Assembly (NCBI GenBank): GCA_965221695.1
Contig: OZ244905.1
Coordinates: 2,528,001-2,592,000, forward strand
DNA: 64,000 nucleotides
From: Gammaproteobacteria bacterium
GTDB taxonomy: Bacteria > Pseudomonadota > Gammaproteobacteria > Eutrophobiales > Eutrophobiaceae
Reading direction: 5' to 3'
In this document: positions 9,078-19,233 of the stretch, one piece after another
How positions within the stretch are numbered: position 1 is the first letter of the stretch
Layout of the letters: each line of letters begins with the position of its first letter
The notes under the pieces: model-generated
The model's database searches: none
What the model was told of the DNA's origin: nothing
Seen by the model: the letters and a program-made list of their open reading frames with translations, nothing else
Position numbers and translations under genes: made by a program

Positions 9078-10292
9078 TTGATGACGGCAACCAGTCACGA
9101 TTTTACGCCGTTCATACCCGGCAATGAAGCGCTGGACGACTCCGGATTGCCAGACATGGCGATGTCACTGGCGCGCGCCGATGCGAAACTGGCCGGGCAT
9201 CTGGCTGACGTGACGAAAGAAACAATCCGTCAATACATGGCCATCATAAATTCATATTACTCCAACCTGATTGAAGGCAATAATACCCTCCCGCATGAAA
9301 TCCGCGCAGCGCAACAAGGCAAGTATCACGATGATCCCCTGAAACGGGACTTGCAGAAGGAATCCGTTGCGCATATCCATGTCCAGAACTGGATCAGGGC
9401 CCAGGACCCAGACCAGGATACGATCTATTCATGTGATTTTTTGAAAGCTGTCCACAGGGAGTTTTATGCGCAGCTCCCCGAGCGTATGCGTGAAATCAAA
9501 GACGAGACGGGAAACCTAACAGGCAGGGTCGTGCCGGGCGAATGGCGCTCTGCCCCCGTCATAGTAGGCAGGCATGTGCCGCCGGCAGCGGGCAACCTGG
9601 ATTCACTGATGGAACAATTCTGCGAGCTATACCATCCCGCGCAATACAGCGGAGACAGGAAATATATCGCGCTTATATCGGCACACCACAGACTTGTCTG
9701 GATACATCCGTTCCTGGACGGTAACGGAAGAGTTGCCAGGCTGTTCACTGACGCTGCATTGTCCAGTCTGGGCGCAAACAGTGTGGGGGTGTGGTGTATC
9801 AGCCGCGGTCTGGCCAGAACATCGAGGGAGTACAAAGCACTACTAGCGAACGCCGACACTCCCCGACAGGGTGCCTACGATGGCCGCGGCCTGTTAAGCC
9901 AAAAGGGACTGACCAGGTTTTGTCATTACATGTTTAAAACGGCAATCGACCAGGTCGAATATATCACCGGCCTCCTTGAACTGGGGCAAATGCAAAAAAG
10001 AATCTCTGCCTACATACAGGCGCGTAACGATGATCGCGTCCCGACAATCAGCGCCGGAATCAAGGAGGTGGCCGCGCTGGTTCTGTACCACTCGTACGTA
10101 AACGGTGAGTTGGAACGGCCTAGGGCTTATGAACTTTGCGGCATGCCGGAGCGTAGCGCACGCAGGTTGCTTGCACAGTTGAAGGATGAAGGCCTGTTAA
10201 GCGAAACATCGCCGCGAGCCCCGCTCAGGTGGGCAATACCCGAACATGCCGAACCCTGGTACTTCCCTCAATTAGTGCCGGGGCAGATTTAA
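9078..10292 (+). CDS. Fic family protein with C-terminal HTH-like region
   Basis: Canonical HPFLDGNGRVAR motif and SNLIEGN inhibitory motif. Confidence 0.92.
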   Translation: MMTATSHDFTPFIPGNEALDDSGLPDMAMSLARADAKLAGHLADVTKETIRQYMAIINSYYSNLIEGNNTLPHEIRAAQQGKYHDDPLKRDLQKESVAHIHVQNWIRAQDPDQDTIYSCDFLKAVHREFYAQLPERMREIKDETGNLTGRVVPGEWRSAPVIVGRHVPPAAGNLDSLMEQFCELYHPAQYSGDRKYIALISAHHRLVWIHPFLDGNGRVARLFTDAALSSLGANSVGVWCISRGLARTSREYKALLANADTPRQGAYDGRGLLSQKGLTRFCHYMFKTAIDQVEYITGLLELGQMQKRISAYIQARNDDRVPTISAGIKEVAALVLYHSYVNGELERPRAYELCGMPERSARRLLAQLKDEGLLSETSPRAPLRWAIPEHAEPWYFPQLVPGQI

Positions 10293-10374
10293 CCTCCCCG
10301 CCTGCTGCATAGCAAGAGTATTTTTTCGAATATGTAATGAGCCTGAAAGGTGAAAAGTGTTATGAATTAAATTA

Positions 10375-10419
10375 TTGAACTTCCGTTCAAAATGCGCTAT
10401 TGTTTGAACGGATGTTCAG
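10375..10419. promoter_or_regulatory. Tandem palindromic operators TTGAAC-N4-GTTCA(A/G) upstream of TonB receptor
   Basis: TTGAACTTCCGTTCAA (10375-10390) and TTGAACGGATGTTCAG (10404-10419). Confidence 0.55.
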
Positions 10420-10518
10420 TAATTTATTTTCTACCTTTGAAACCTGGTAATTCAATCATTCGACAATATCTAAAGATTCACTAGCTGGTGAGATTAATGG
10501 CTAGAGTGGGGTAGCTAT

Positions 10519-12825
10519 ATGAAATCATTAATAATTTCAATGCTAAAGAAATTATCTTTAGGATTATGTTTTTCTTATCTTGCGATGACCATCGCAGTTG
10601 CACAAACGGCGCTTGAGGAAGTTGTGGTAACAGCACAGAAACGTACTGAATCACTGCAAGACGTTCCCATCTCAGTAACGGCTTTTTCCTCAGAAGCCAT
10701 TCAGAATATGGAATTCTTGCGCACCGATGACATTGCAAACATGACTCCCAATCTGGAATGGACAGCCCCATACGGTAGTTCCGGGGGAAATGTTTTTCTT
10801 CGCGGCGTTGGCAATGACGTATTTTTCGCCAATGCAACCAGTGGCATCGGCATCTTTACAGATGAAGTCTACCTGAACTCTAAGTCAGTTAATTTATTTG
10901 CGCTGTTCGATATAGAACGTGTAGAAGTGGTGCGTGGTCCTCAAAATACCTTGTACGGGCGCAACTCAACCGGTGGCGCGGTAAATTTTATTTCACGCAA
11001 GCCACGTGTGGAGGATGGTAGTAATGCCAGGCTGGAAATGACCTATGGAAGATTTAACCAATTCGATGTGGATATCGCTGCAGGGACGGCCTTAAGCGAT
11101 CATGTTGCCGTCCGAGCCGCATTTAATGTGCAATCAAGAGATGGTCTGTTTGATAATCAGACTCTGGGTATAGAGGAATCTGATATTGAAAAATACTCCG
11201 GTCGTGCTCAATTGGCGTGGGATGTCACCGATAATATTGATGTGCTGTTAAATATCCACGGTGGTCTGAACCGCGGTGAAAACAGGCGCCCGAAATCTAT
11301 TGGTATATCCGATCCGAATAACCCCGGCGGCCCTTTTGCAGCGAACCCTTGTCCGGTGACGCCGAAACTTGATGGCGGTGTTTGCTCTGACGCATTTGGC
11401 GCTGTCGAAGCCGGTGGTTTTACCGATGTCTTTGCCAACGAACCAAATCCTCTGGAAGATATTGATGCCTATGGCGGTTTTGCCAATATAAGCTGGGAAT
11501 TTGCCGGTTTTACAGTGACATCCATCACGGCATACGAGGGTAATGAAAAAGCCGCTATGGAGGACAGTGATGGCGCTACGAATTTCTTTGGTTTTCATAC
11601 TGTCTCGGAAGCCGATCAGATTACCCAGGAAATTCGCATAACATCTACCGGCGATGGCCCATTGCAATGGATTTCAGGTTTTTATTACCTTCATGAAGAT
11701 CTCGAATCATTTCAAACGTCTCTCAACAGACTACCAGGACGCGGGACCGGAACATTGCTCAACCAGGATACGGATAGCTGGGCTGTATTCGGCCAAGCCA
11801 GTTATGCTATGACCGAAAGCTGGAAGTTCACTGGCGGCCTCCGTTACACGGAAGAAACGAAAGAGGGTACGTTACTGGGACGAAACGTTGCGGTTTCCGA
11901 TGCCAATTTGCCGCCGGGCACGTTGATTTCACCGAATAATTGGTTCTCCCTGCCGCAATTGCCAAATGGACCGGGATTTCTGCTCGGAACACGTTCTGAA
12001 ACCTTTGATGAGACATGGGAAGAAATCGGTTGGAAAGTGGGCCTGGATTTTCAGGTTACCAACGATGCCTTGTTGTATGCCAGTGTTTCCCGTGGTTTTA
12101 ATACGGGTGTGATCGAGACCGCGCCGCGTACTCTGTTATCAATGGCGCCGTTATTTGGCGGACCGCAAATTCCATTTATTGTTGAACCGGAATTTTTGCT
12201 GGCGTATGAAATTGGGGTAAAGACTACGTGGCTGAATGGCGCCCTGCAACTTAATGCGGCAATTTTCAGAAACGAATTTGATGACCAGCAGGTAAACCAG
12301 GTGGTAAATGGGGAAGTGGTGCTCAGAAATGCTGCCGAATCAACCATCGACGGCGCGGAGATTGAACTTCAATGGATACCGGCGGATGGCTGGTTTGTTA
12401 ACCTGGGATTGGGCATTCTTGATTCGGAATTCGACCAGTTTGATTTTGGTGGAGGCACTGATTTTTCAGGCAATAAACTTCCTAATATCCCCGACGTCAG
12501 CTTTAATGGTTTGGTGCGCAAAGAATGGAACCTGGGAAATGGCGTTGCCAGTTTGCAAACCAATTTCAATTATCTTGACAGCATATATTCCAATGATCCC
12601 GGTAACAATCCGCTGCTGAGAGAACCCGGCAACTGGACTGTAAATGCTCGAGGCGCCTATGAATTCGGACCCGATGGGCGCTATGAAATCGCCGCTTGGG
12701 GCAAAAATATTCTGGATGATGAGCAGTGTGCATATCGCTTCGATTTCAGTTTCTTAGGGTTTGTTGAATGCTTTACCCGTGATCCGGCTACATATGGTGT
12801 AACAGCCTCTGTTCGTTTTGATTGA
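10519..12825 (+). CDS. TonB-dependent receptor
   Basis: LEEVVVTAQKR TonB box, RVEVVRGPQNTLYGRNSTGGAVNF plug motif, C-terminal aromatic residue. Confidence 0.95.
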   Translation: MKSLIISMLKKLSLGLCFSYLAMTIAVAQTALEEVVVTAQKRTESLQDVPISVTAFSSEAIQNMEFLRTDDIANMTPNLEWTAPYGSSGGNVFLRGVGNDVFFANATSGIGIFTDEVYLNSKSVNLFALFDIERVEVVRGPQNTLYGRNSTGGAVNFISRKPRVEDGSNARLEMTYGRFNQFDVDIAAGTALSDHVAVRAAFNVQSRDGLFDNQTLGIEESDIEKYSGRAQLAWDVTDNIDVLLNIHGGLNRGENRRPKSIGISDPNNPGGPFAANPCPVTPKLDGGVCSDAFGAVEAGGFTDVFANEPNPLEDIDAYGGFANISWEFAGFTVTSITAYEGNEKAAMEDSDGATNFFGFHTVSEADQITQEIRITSTGDGPLQWISGFYYLHEDLESFQTSLNRLPGRGTGTLLNQDTDSWAVFGQASYAMTESWKFTGGLRYTEETKEGTLLGRNVAVSDANLPPGTLISPNNWFSLPQLPNGPGFLLGTRSETFDETWEEIGWKVGLDFQVTNDALLYASVSRGFNTGVIETAPRTLLSMAPLFGGPQIPFIVEPEFLLAYEIGVKTTWLNGALQLNAAIFRNEFDDQQVNQVVNGEVVLRNAAESTIDGAEIELQWIPADGWFVNLGLGILDSEFDQFDFGGGTDFSGNKLPNIPDVSFNGLVRKEWNLGNGVASLQTNFNYLDSIYSNDPGNNPLLREPGNWTVNARGAYEFGPDGRYEIAAWGKNILDDEQCAYRFDFSFLGFVECFTRDPATYGVTASVRFD

Positions 12826-12852
12826 TTCTGTACAATTAACAGGAGTGACCTG

Positions 12853-14439
12853 ATGGAAACAGATGTTCTTATCATCGGCGCAGGCCACAATGGTTTGACC
12901 TGTGCCGGATATTTGGCGCGAGCCGGTCTGTCGGTACAAGTTCTGGAAAGACGCAATATTGTTGGGGGCGCCTCAGTCACAGAGGAGTTTCACCCGGGCT
13001 TTCGAAATTCCACTTGCGCCTATGGTGTGAGCATGCTGAATCCCAAAGTGATTGATGACCTTGAGTTGAAGCGATACGGTCTTGACATCATCCAAAGATC
13101 CTCCGGGGCTCTGGTTCTGGGGCAAGACAATGACTATCTTTACGGTGGTTCGGATTTCAGTGAATTTCTCAACGACATACGGCGGCACTCTGAGCAAGAT
13201 GCAGATCGTTATAAGGAGTTTTATCTGTTAATTCAGGAAATCGCTGACGTATTGCGGGATATGGTACTTAAAACGCCACCTAATATAGGAGGGGGGCTTG
13301 GTGATTTATGGCGCGCAGGACTGCTCGCCAATCAGTTGCGTAAACTAAGCCCGAAACTCCAGCATGAAGTAATCAAAATGTTCACCATGAGCGTTGCCGA
13401 TTACCTTGCGGAATGGTTTGAAGGTGACCTTTTAATGGCATTGGAAAGCTACATGGCCCAGGTAGGTAACTTTCAATCTGTTTATTCAGGTGGTACGGCT
13501 TACGTGCTGTTGCATCACGCTTTCGGTGAAGTCAATGGTAAGAAAGGGGAATGGGGGCTTGTACGTGGTGGCATGGGTAGTATCACGCAGGCGATGGCAA
13601 AATCGGCAATAGAGCATGGCGCGCAGATTGAAGTGGGCAAAGCCGTTAAGCAGGTGCTGGTCGAGAATGGAAAGGCGACCGGTGTAGTGACTGAAGAGGG
13701 TAAAACCTATCGTGCGCGGGCTGTCTCTGCCAATGTCAATCCCAAACTTCTGTTCCAGAAACTGGTTCCAACAGAACACCAGAGCGCTGATTTCATTCGC
13801 CGGATTAACAATTACCGCTGCGGGTCCGGCGCATTCCGAATGAATGTCGCAATGAGTGAATTACCGCGTTTTTCCTGTATCGCAGACCAGGATAATTATG
13901 ATCAGTTTTTAGGCGGCAGTATTTTTATCACCAGTTCGCTCCGTTACAACAACCTTGCCTGGCAGGATGCAATGAATGATGGCTGGTCAAGCAAGCCTAT
14001 TATTCAGATGGTGATCCCATCCATATACGATGACTCGCTGGCGCCGCCCGGAAAACATGTTGCGAGCCTGTTCTGCCAGCACTTTAACCCTAACCTGCCC
14101 AACGGTCGAAACTGGGACGAAGTCAAGAATGAAGTGACGGAACTGATACTCGATACCGTCAATGAGTATGCGCCAAATTTTCGCGCTTCACTGCTTGGCA
14201 GTATGTCATTGTCACCTCTCGATCTGGAACGCGAATATGGACTCATCGGCGGCGATATTTTCCATGGCGCAATCCAAACAGACCAATTGTTCTCATTACG
14301 CCCCGTTGCTGGTTACGCAAGTTATCGGATGCCGGTAAAAGGCCTGTATTTGTGTGGATCGGGCGCCCATCCGGGTGGTGGTGTGACAGGTTGCCCCGGT
14401 CACAATGCCGCTCGGGAAATACTCAAGGACATTAGCTGA
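12853..14439 (+). CDS. Phytoene dehydrogenase-like (PYROXD2-type) FAD oxidoreductase
   Basis: IIGAGHNGL, GGMGSIT, GGDIFHG and LYLCGSGAHPGGGVTG motifs. Confidence 0.88.
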   Translation: METDVLIIGAGHNGLTCAGYLARAGLSVQVLERRNIVGGASVTEEFHPGFRNSTCAYGVSMLNPKVIDDLELKRYGLDIIQRSSGALVLGQDNDYLYGGSDFSEFLNDIRRHSEQDADRYKEFYLLIQEIADVLRDMVLKTPPNIGGGLGDLWRAGLLANQLRKLSPKLQHEVIKMFTMSVADYLAEWFEGDLLMALESYMAQVGNFQSVYSGGTAYVLLHHAFGEVNGKKGEWGLVRGGMGSITQAMAKSAIEHGAQIEVGKAVKQVLVENGKATGVVTEEGKTYRARAVSANVNPKLLFQKLVPTEHQSADFIRRINNYRCGSGAFRMNVAMSELPRFSCIADQDNYDQFLGGSIFITSSLRYNNLAWQDAMNDGWSSKPIIQMVIPSIYDDSLAPPGKHVASLFCQHFNPNLPNGRNWDEVKNEVTELILDTVNEYAPNFRASLLGSMSLSPLDLEREYGLIGGDIFHGAIQTDQLFSLRPVAGYASYRMPVKGLYLCGSGAHPGGGVTGCPGHNAAREILKDIS

Positions 14440-14461
14440 GTCCAATTGCATGTTATACTAG

Positions 14462-14490
14462 TACTCTTTCAAAATTAAGTTGAAAGAGTA
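14462..14490. mobile_element. Collapsed 29-bp remnant of the IS701-type MITE, flanked by CTAG on both sides
   Basis: CTAG-TACTCTTTCAAAATTAAGTTGAAAGAGTA-CTAG matches the left and right TIR ends of 29964-30224 joined at TCAA. Confidence 0.85.
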
Positions 14491-14494
14491 CTAG

Positions 14495-14605
14495 GAAGAT
14501 GCCGCTTATGTGACAGCGCAGACTATTGCCGTGGACGGTGGTTCCTACGTCCCGGAAAGCCCTGTTCAGGCGCGCGAGTTTTGCGAAAAAAGCCAGACCC
14601 TGTAA
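14495..14605 (+). pseudogene. C-terminal remnant of a short-chain dehydrogenase/reductase
   Basis: Translates EDAAYVTAQTIAVDGGSYV..., the typical SDR C-terminal motif; begins right after the MITE remnant with no start codon. Confidence 0.7.
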
Positions 14606-14713
14606 GGCGCTACGCAGCAATGGGTCCGTGTTAATAATGCGCCCACCCATGCCTTTTGCGACGGAAAATGCAGGCCTGTTACTTGCAACACTGGATAAGG
14701 CTTTTCAGTCATT

Positions 14714-15733
14714 ATGAACAAATTCTATACCCTTACACCCGATGAACAGGGAGAAGAATTGAAGACTATGGCTGTCGAAGCCCTGAAGGCCTGGGGTATA
14801 ACAGCCAGGGAGATTGACCTGATCAAAATCAGGGAAAATGCCGTGTATAAAATTACTACGGTGGATGGGACGCCTTATGCCCTGCGTATACACCGGCCCG
14901 GTTACCATACCGATGAAGAAATAGAGGCTGAGATCTACTGGATGCAGGCCCTGGCGGATTATGGAGTAGAAGTCCCTACTCTCGTCCCCACGACAGATAA
15001 TAGATATATTACGACAATCACCGTAAATAATATTCCCGAGGCAAGACAGGTGGACCTGCTTGAATGGATCGATTCGGAGCCACTGGGAAATTTTGAAGAA
15101 GGCCTGGGGAGTGATACGGACGGTATCCGCCATTCTTTTCAAACAATTGGAAAGATCATGGCCAGGATGCACAACCAGTCGAGTGAGTGGTCGATCCAGA
15201 AGACGCTGGTGCGTCATGCCTGGGACTGTGATGGCCTGGTAGGCGAGGAACCCTTTTGGGGGAAATTCTGGAAACTGGGAGCGCTTTCCAGTGACCAGCG
15301 TGAGTTGATCCAGTTAATGCGAAACCGTATCAGGGACCAGCTATCGCAGTATGACAAGGGACCCGAACATTATGGTTTTATCCATGCAGACCTGGTGGTG
15401 GAGAATGTACTGGTCAGTGATGGGCATGTGCGGGTCATTGATTTTGATGATGCCGGGTTTGGCTGGTATCTATTTGATATCGCCACGGTGTTGTACTTCT
15501 TCCTGGACGATCCTGGTTATCAAGTGGCTTATGATGCCTTGATCAGCGGATACCGCTCGGAGAGGGAGTTGACCGATGAAACCCTTGAAGATCTACCGTT
15601 GTTCCTGGCTGCACGATCAACCACCTACCTGGGCTGGGTCCACACCCGTGGTGAAACCGAAACAGCACAGGAGTTGACTCCAATGATAGTCGAAAAGGCT
15701 TGCAAATTTGCCAGGACTTATTTACAGGGTTGA
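14714..15733 (+). CDS. APH/homoserine kinase type II family phosphotransferase
   Basis: ENAVY, ALRIHRPGY, IHADLVVENVL and IDFDDAGFGW motifs. Confidence 0.88.
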   Translation: MNKFYTLTPDEQGEELKTMAVEALKAWGITAREIDLIKIRENAVYKITTVDGTPYALRIHRPGYHTDEEIEAEIYWMQALADYGVEVPTLVPTTDNRYITTITVNNIPEARQVDLLEWIDSEPLGNFEEGLGSDTDGIRHSFQTIGKIMARMHNQSSEWSIQKTLVRHAWDCDGLVGEEPFWGKFWKLGALSSDQRELIQLMRNRIRDQLSQYDKGPEHYGFIHADLVVENVLVSDGHVRVIDFDDAGFGWYLFDIATVLYFFLDDPGYQVAYDALISGYRSERELTDETLEDLPLFLAARSTTYLGWVHTRGETETAQELTPMIVEKACKFARTYLQG

Positions 15734-15802
15734 CTGGTCTCACTCTGATCTAGCCCGGACAATGTCTCTATTGTCGTAGGACAACAAGCGACTTGGTGAG
15801 AA

Positions 15803-16858
15803 ATGCGGGTTAAAGGTCGGGGCGCGCCCTCAAAAGTGGATGCCAGGTTCCTGGAACATCGGCGCGCTGAATTTGATGACGGCTGGGCGCTGGAACACGA
15901 TGAACGGCCTATCCCCACGGAAATCTACCGGGAAACCCCGCGTACGGTCATTTCCCGTAACCAGTCGCCGGATATCCCGTTTGAAACGTCGATCAATCCC
16001 TATCGGGGTTGCGAACATGGCTGTGTTTACTGCTACGCTCGCCCCAGCCATGCCTATGTGGATTTATCGCCTGGCATTGATTTTGAAACAAAGATATTTG
16101 CTAAGACCAATGCCGCGGAGGTTTTACTGAAAGAACTGCGGAAACCACGCTATGCCTGTTCGCCTATCGCGATGGGGACAAACACAGACCCTTATCAACC
16201 TGCAGAACGGCAGCTTCGTATCACCAGGGATATTATCCAAATTCTACATGATTGCCGGCATCCGCTGTCCATTGTTACCAAATCCTGGTTGATCGAAAGA
16301 GACCTGGATCTGCTCGAACCCATGGCCGCGGACGGCCTGGTTAAAGTATTCCTGTCCGTGACCTCCCTCAAGCATGAATTGGCCCGGCGCCTGGAGCCGC
16401 GCGCCACAGCGCCAACGCGCCGTTTGAAAACCGTACAGACCCTGAACCGCGCCGGCGTGCCAACGGGTGTCATGTTTGCGCCGGTCATCCCCTTTATCAA
16501 TGACTCGGAAATGGAAAGCGTGCTGGAGCAAGCTGCGGCAGCCGGCGCCAAGGGGGCCGGTTACGTGATGTTGCGCCTGCCGCACGAAGTCAAACAGTTG
16601 TTCCGCGAGTGGCTTCAGACCCACGAGCCGGGAAAGACGGAACATGTATTCAGCATCCTGCGCGATTTGAGGTCGGGGCGTGAGAACGATCCCGAATACT
16701 TCACCCGCCAGCGCGGCACGGGTGTTTATGCGAACCTAATCCAAAACCGTTTCCAAAACGCCTGCAAGAAGTTCGGCTTGAATACCAAAAGTTTCGAACT
16801 GAATACCGGGTTGTTTGAACCACCTGTCAACGCAGACCGCCAACAGAGCTTATTCTAA
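15803..16858 (+). CDS. PA0069/Rv2578c-family radical SAM protein (SplB-related)
   Basis: NPYRGCEHGCVYCYAR CxxxCxxC motif, GTNTDPYQP and LEPRA. Confidence 0.92.
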   Translation: MRVKGRGAPSKVDARFLEHRRAEFDDGWALEHDERPIPTEIYRETPRTVISRNQSPDIPFETSINPYRGCEHGCVYCYARPSHAYVDLSPGIDFETKIFAKTNAAEVLLKELRKPRYACSPIAMGTNTDPYQPAERQLRITRDIIQILHDCRHPLSIVTKSWLIERDLDLLEPMAADGLVKVFLSVTSLKHELARRLEPRATAPTRRLKTVQTLNRAGVPTGVMFAPVIPFINDSEMESVLEQAAAAGAKGAGYVMLRLPHEVKQLFREWLQTHEPGKTEHVFSILRDLRSGRENDPEYFTRQRGTGVYANLIQNRFQNACKKFGLNTKSFELNTGLFEPPVNADRQQSLF

Positions 16859-17036
16859 CCGGATGTTCGCGCTGACCTAAGCCTGGCCATGATTAACGGC
16901 AAACGCCGCTAACGCGCAGCGTTGGCTGCCGAATTTAACCCAGGCGTTGGCAAGGGGTTGAAATGCCCCGACAGCAAGACCCTCTTGAGCATCCGGCTAA
17001 GAAACCTGAATTAGTCATAATTTCCTTAAGTTGGTG

Positions 17037-17789
17037 TCAGTCTTTCTGTTTGAGTTTCTGGCCCTGGTCGACGACGGCTAGTCCCTCCAGGGCCAGGCCG
17101 TAGCCCAGCAGTTCATGCGCTGTGGTTTTGATCTGGTGTGCCAGCAGGTTGCGGGTATAGCGCAGCATCAAGGGGTTTTTGCTCAGCAGCATATCTGCTA
17201 ATTCATGGGCTCTGGGCAACAGTTTGTCACTAGGAAGGATTTCATTTACCAGGCCAAGGTCTTTGCATTCTCGCGCGTTTAGAGTCTGTCCGGTCATCAG
17301 GAAATAACGGGCGCGATTCATGCCCAGCAATGCTGGAAATACGATATGCATCCCATCTCCCGGCACCGCATTGACCAGGAAATGCCCCGCGTCCTGCACT
17401 GAGCTATCCTCAACAGCCAGCACAATGTCGGCAAATAAGGGGATTTCCGGATGTCTCAGCGCCGGCCCATTGATACAGGCTATCACCGGCGCCTGGATGT
17501 TGAGCAGGTTCATCACCAATTGTTCGCCATGCCAGCGGATTCCTTCCCATTGTTCGGGGTTGAGCACGGGAAATTTGAAATCCTCAGCGGGAGGGCCGGA
17601 AAAAGTATCGCCGACGCCCGTCATGATTACTACTCGGACATCTGGATTGCGGGATATATCGCCAAACAACGCAGCTAGTTCATCATGGACCGCGCCACTC
17701 CATATCAATGAGCCGCCTTCGGAGTGAAAAGTCATTTCCAGCAGGCCATTATTGAAGTTCAGTTTTGCATGTTCGTAGTCGGATTTCAT
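17037..17789 (-). CDS. Crotonase-fold enoyl-CoA hydratase/isomerase (6-oxocamphor hydrolase-like)
   Basis: PVIACINGPA, DAGHF..VPGDG, RARYFLMTGQ and GLVNE motifs. Confidence 0.8.
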   Translation of the reverse strand: MKSDYEHAKLNFNNGLLEMTFHSEGGSLIWSGAVHDELAALFGDISRNPDVRVVIMTGVGDTFSGPPAEDFKFPVLNPEQWEGIRWHGEQLVMNLLNIQAPVIACINGPALRHPEIPLFADIVLAVEDSSVQDAGHFLVNAVPGDGMHIVFPALLGMNRARYFLMTGQTLNARECKDLGLVNEILPSDKLLPRAHELADMLLSKNPLMLRYTRNLLAHQIKTTAHELLGYGLALEGLAVVDQGQKLKQKD

Positions 17790-17853
17790 TTTCTTTTCCC
17801 CCATTTCTCCAGTTGTTATGTTACCCTGAGAGTGAGCAGAATGGAGACAAATC

Positions 17854-19167
17854 ATGTCGGAATTACTGAATTCCCTCAATGATTCACTGCCCGACGGCGA
17901 GTTGGGCACGTTGCTGTCCTACCCGCCGGAGCTGCGTTTCCTGGTCGCCAAGGGCAGGGGCAGCAAATTGTACGATGAGGAGGGTAACGAATACCTGGAC
18001 CTGTTAATGGGTTCCGGCCCCTTGATCCTGGGACATTGCCACCCCGCTGTGATGGCGTCGGCCAAAGCCCAACTGGAGCGATGCTCAACCTGCTACCAGC
18101 CCACCGCATCCATTGCCGAACTGGCCGAATTGATAGTGAGCGCTTCTCCCTGCGCAGAAAAACTGCGTTTTGTAACCACCGGCGCGGAAGCTACCTATTA
18201 TGCCTTGCGGCTAGCCCGGGCCTTTACCGGACGCGAAAAGATCATCAAGTGCGCAGGCGCCTACCACGGTTGCCATGATTATTCGCTAGTAGGTTTTCTC
18301 GCCGGGGATTATGACCCTCTTGCTGCGCCGGTCAATAGCGCAGGCATTCCCGAGGGTTCAAGCCGTACCGTGCTGCTCAGCGACTTCAACGACCTGGACA
18401 TGGCGTCAGACCTTATGAAACAACATGGTGACAGCGTTGCAGCGATTATTCTGGAGCCGATACTGGGGGTGGCGCCGCCCCAAGAGGGTTTTCTCAAGGG
18501 TTTGCGGGAACTCGCGGACCAATACGGCAGCCTGCTTGTCTTCGATGAGATGATTACCGGCTTTCGCCTGGCTTGGGGTGGGGCGCAAGAGGCATTCGGC
18601 GTGGTCCCGGATCTGGCTTGCTACGGCAAGATCATTGGCGGCGGTTACCCCACCGCCGCGCTATGCGGGCGTGAGGATGTGCTTAACTTGTCTGTATTCG
18701 CAAACCGGGCGAAGTCGGATTATGTCTTGTTCAGTGGTACCTTCTATGCTAATCCTATGGCGGCCGCAGCCGGTGTCGCCACCCTGCAGGAACTGACAAA
18801 ACCCGGCGCGTTTGATCTGTTAAGCCGGGTCGGACAGTCAATCCGGGCGGGTATCAGGAATGTCATCGATAGTCTCGGGATCAGCGCTCAAGTAGTCGGT
18901 GTGGGACCGGTGTACAATATCTTTTTTACCGACCAGACTATTGTCAACCACCGACAAATTGTCGGCAGTCGCATGGACCTGAGTCGTGACTTATTATTGC
19001 GGTTGGCGCGAGAACGGGTATTGATTTCCTCATCAAAGGGCTGGTTGTCAACAGCGCACGATGAGGCTGATATTGCGCGCGCAGTGGCTGCCTATCATAA
19101 GTGTTTAACTGATATGATAGACGCTGGTCTGCTACAGACAGAGTCCGCAAATGGGAATCAAAGTTGA
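17854..19167 (+). CDS. Class III PLP aminotransferase (GSA-aminomutase-like)
   Basis: GAYHG, FDEMITGFR, PDLACYGKIIGGG (PLP lysine) and SGTFYANP. Confidence 0.88.
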   Translation: MSELLNSLNDSLPDGELGTLLSYPPELRFLVAKGRGSKLYDEEGNEYLDLLMGSGPLILGHCHPAVMASAKAQLERCSTCYQPTASIAELAELIVSASPCAEKLRFVTTGAEATYYALRLARAFTGREKIIKCAGAYHGCHDYSLVGFLAGDYDPLAAPVNSAGIPEGSSRTVLLSDFNDLDMASDLMKQHGDSVAAIILEPILGVAPPQEGFLKGLRELADQYGSLLVFDEMITGFRLAWGGAQEAFGVVPDLACYGKIIGGGYPTAALCGREDVLNLSVFANRAKSDYVLFSGTFYANPMAAAAGVATLQELTKPGAFDLLSRVGQSIRAGIRNVIDSLGISAQVVGVGPVYNIFFTDQTIVNHRQIVGSRMDLSRDLLLRLARERVLISSSKGWLSTAHDEADIARAVAAYHKCLTDMIDAGLLQTESANGNQS

Positions 19168-19233
19168 AATCTGTTTCCTGATAACCGCTTTGAAATCTCC
19201 CGACTATACAAAACCGGATAGCCAAAGCGGGAT

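Noticed and set aside
16852-16952. attC-like sequence (TCTAAC...GCGTTGG) after the radical SAM gene
   Set aside because: The right end does not fit GTTRRRY, internal dyad pairing is poor, and there is no integrase or second site.
17854-19167. hemL assignment
   Set aside because: Lacks the typical HemL N-terminal PGGVNSPVR motif and sits in a catabolic cluster.
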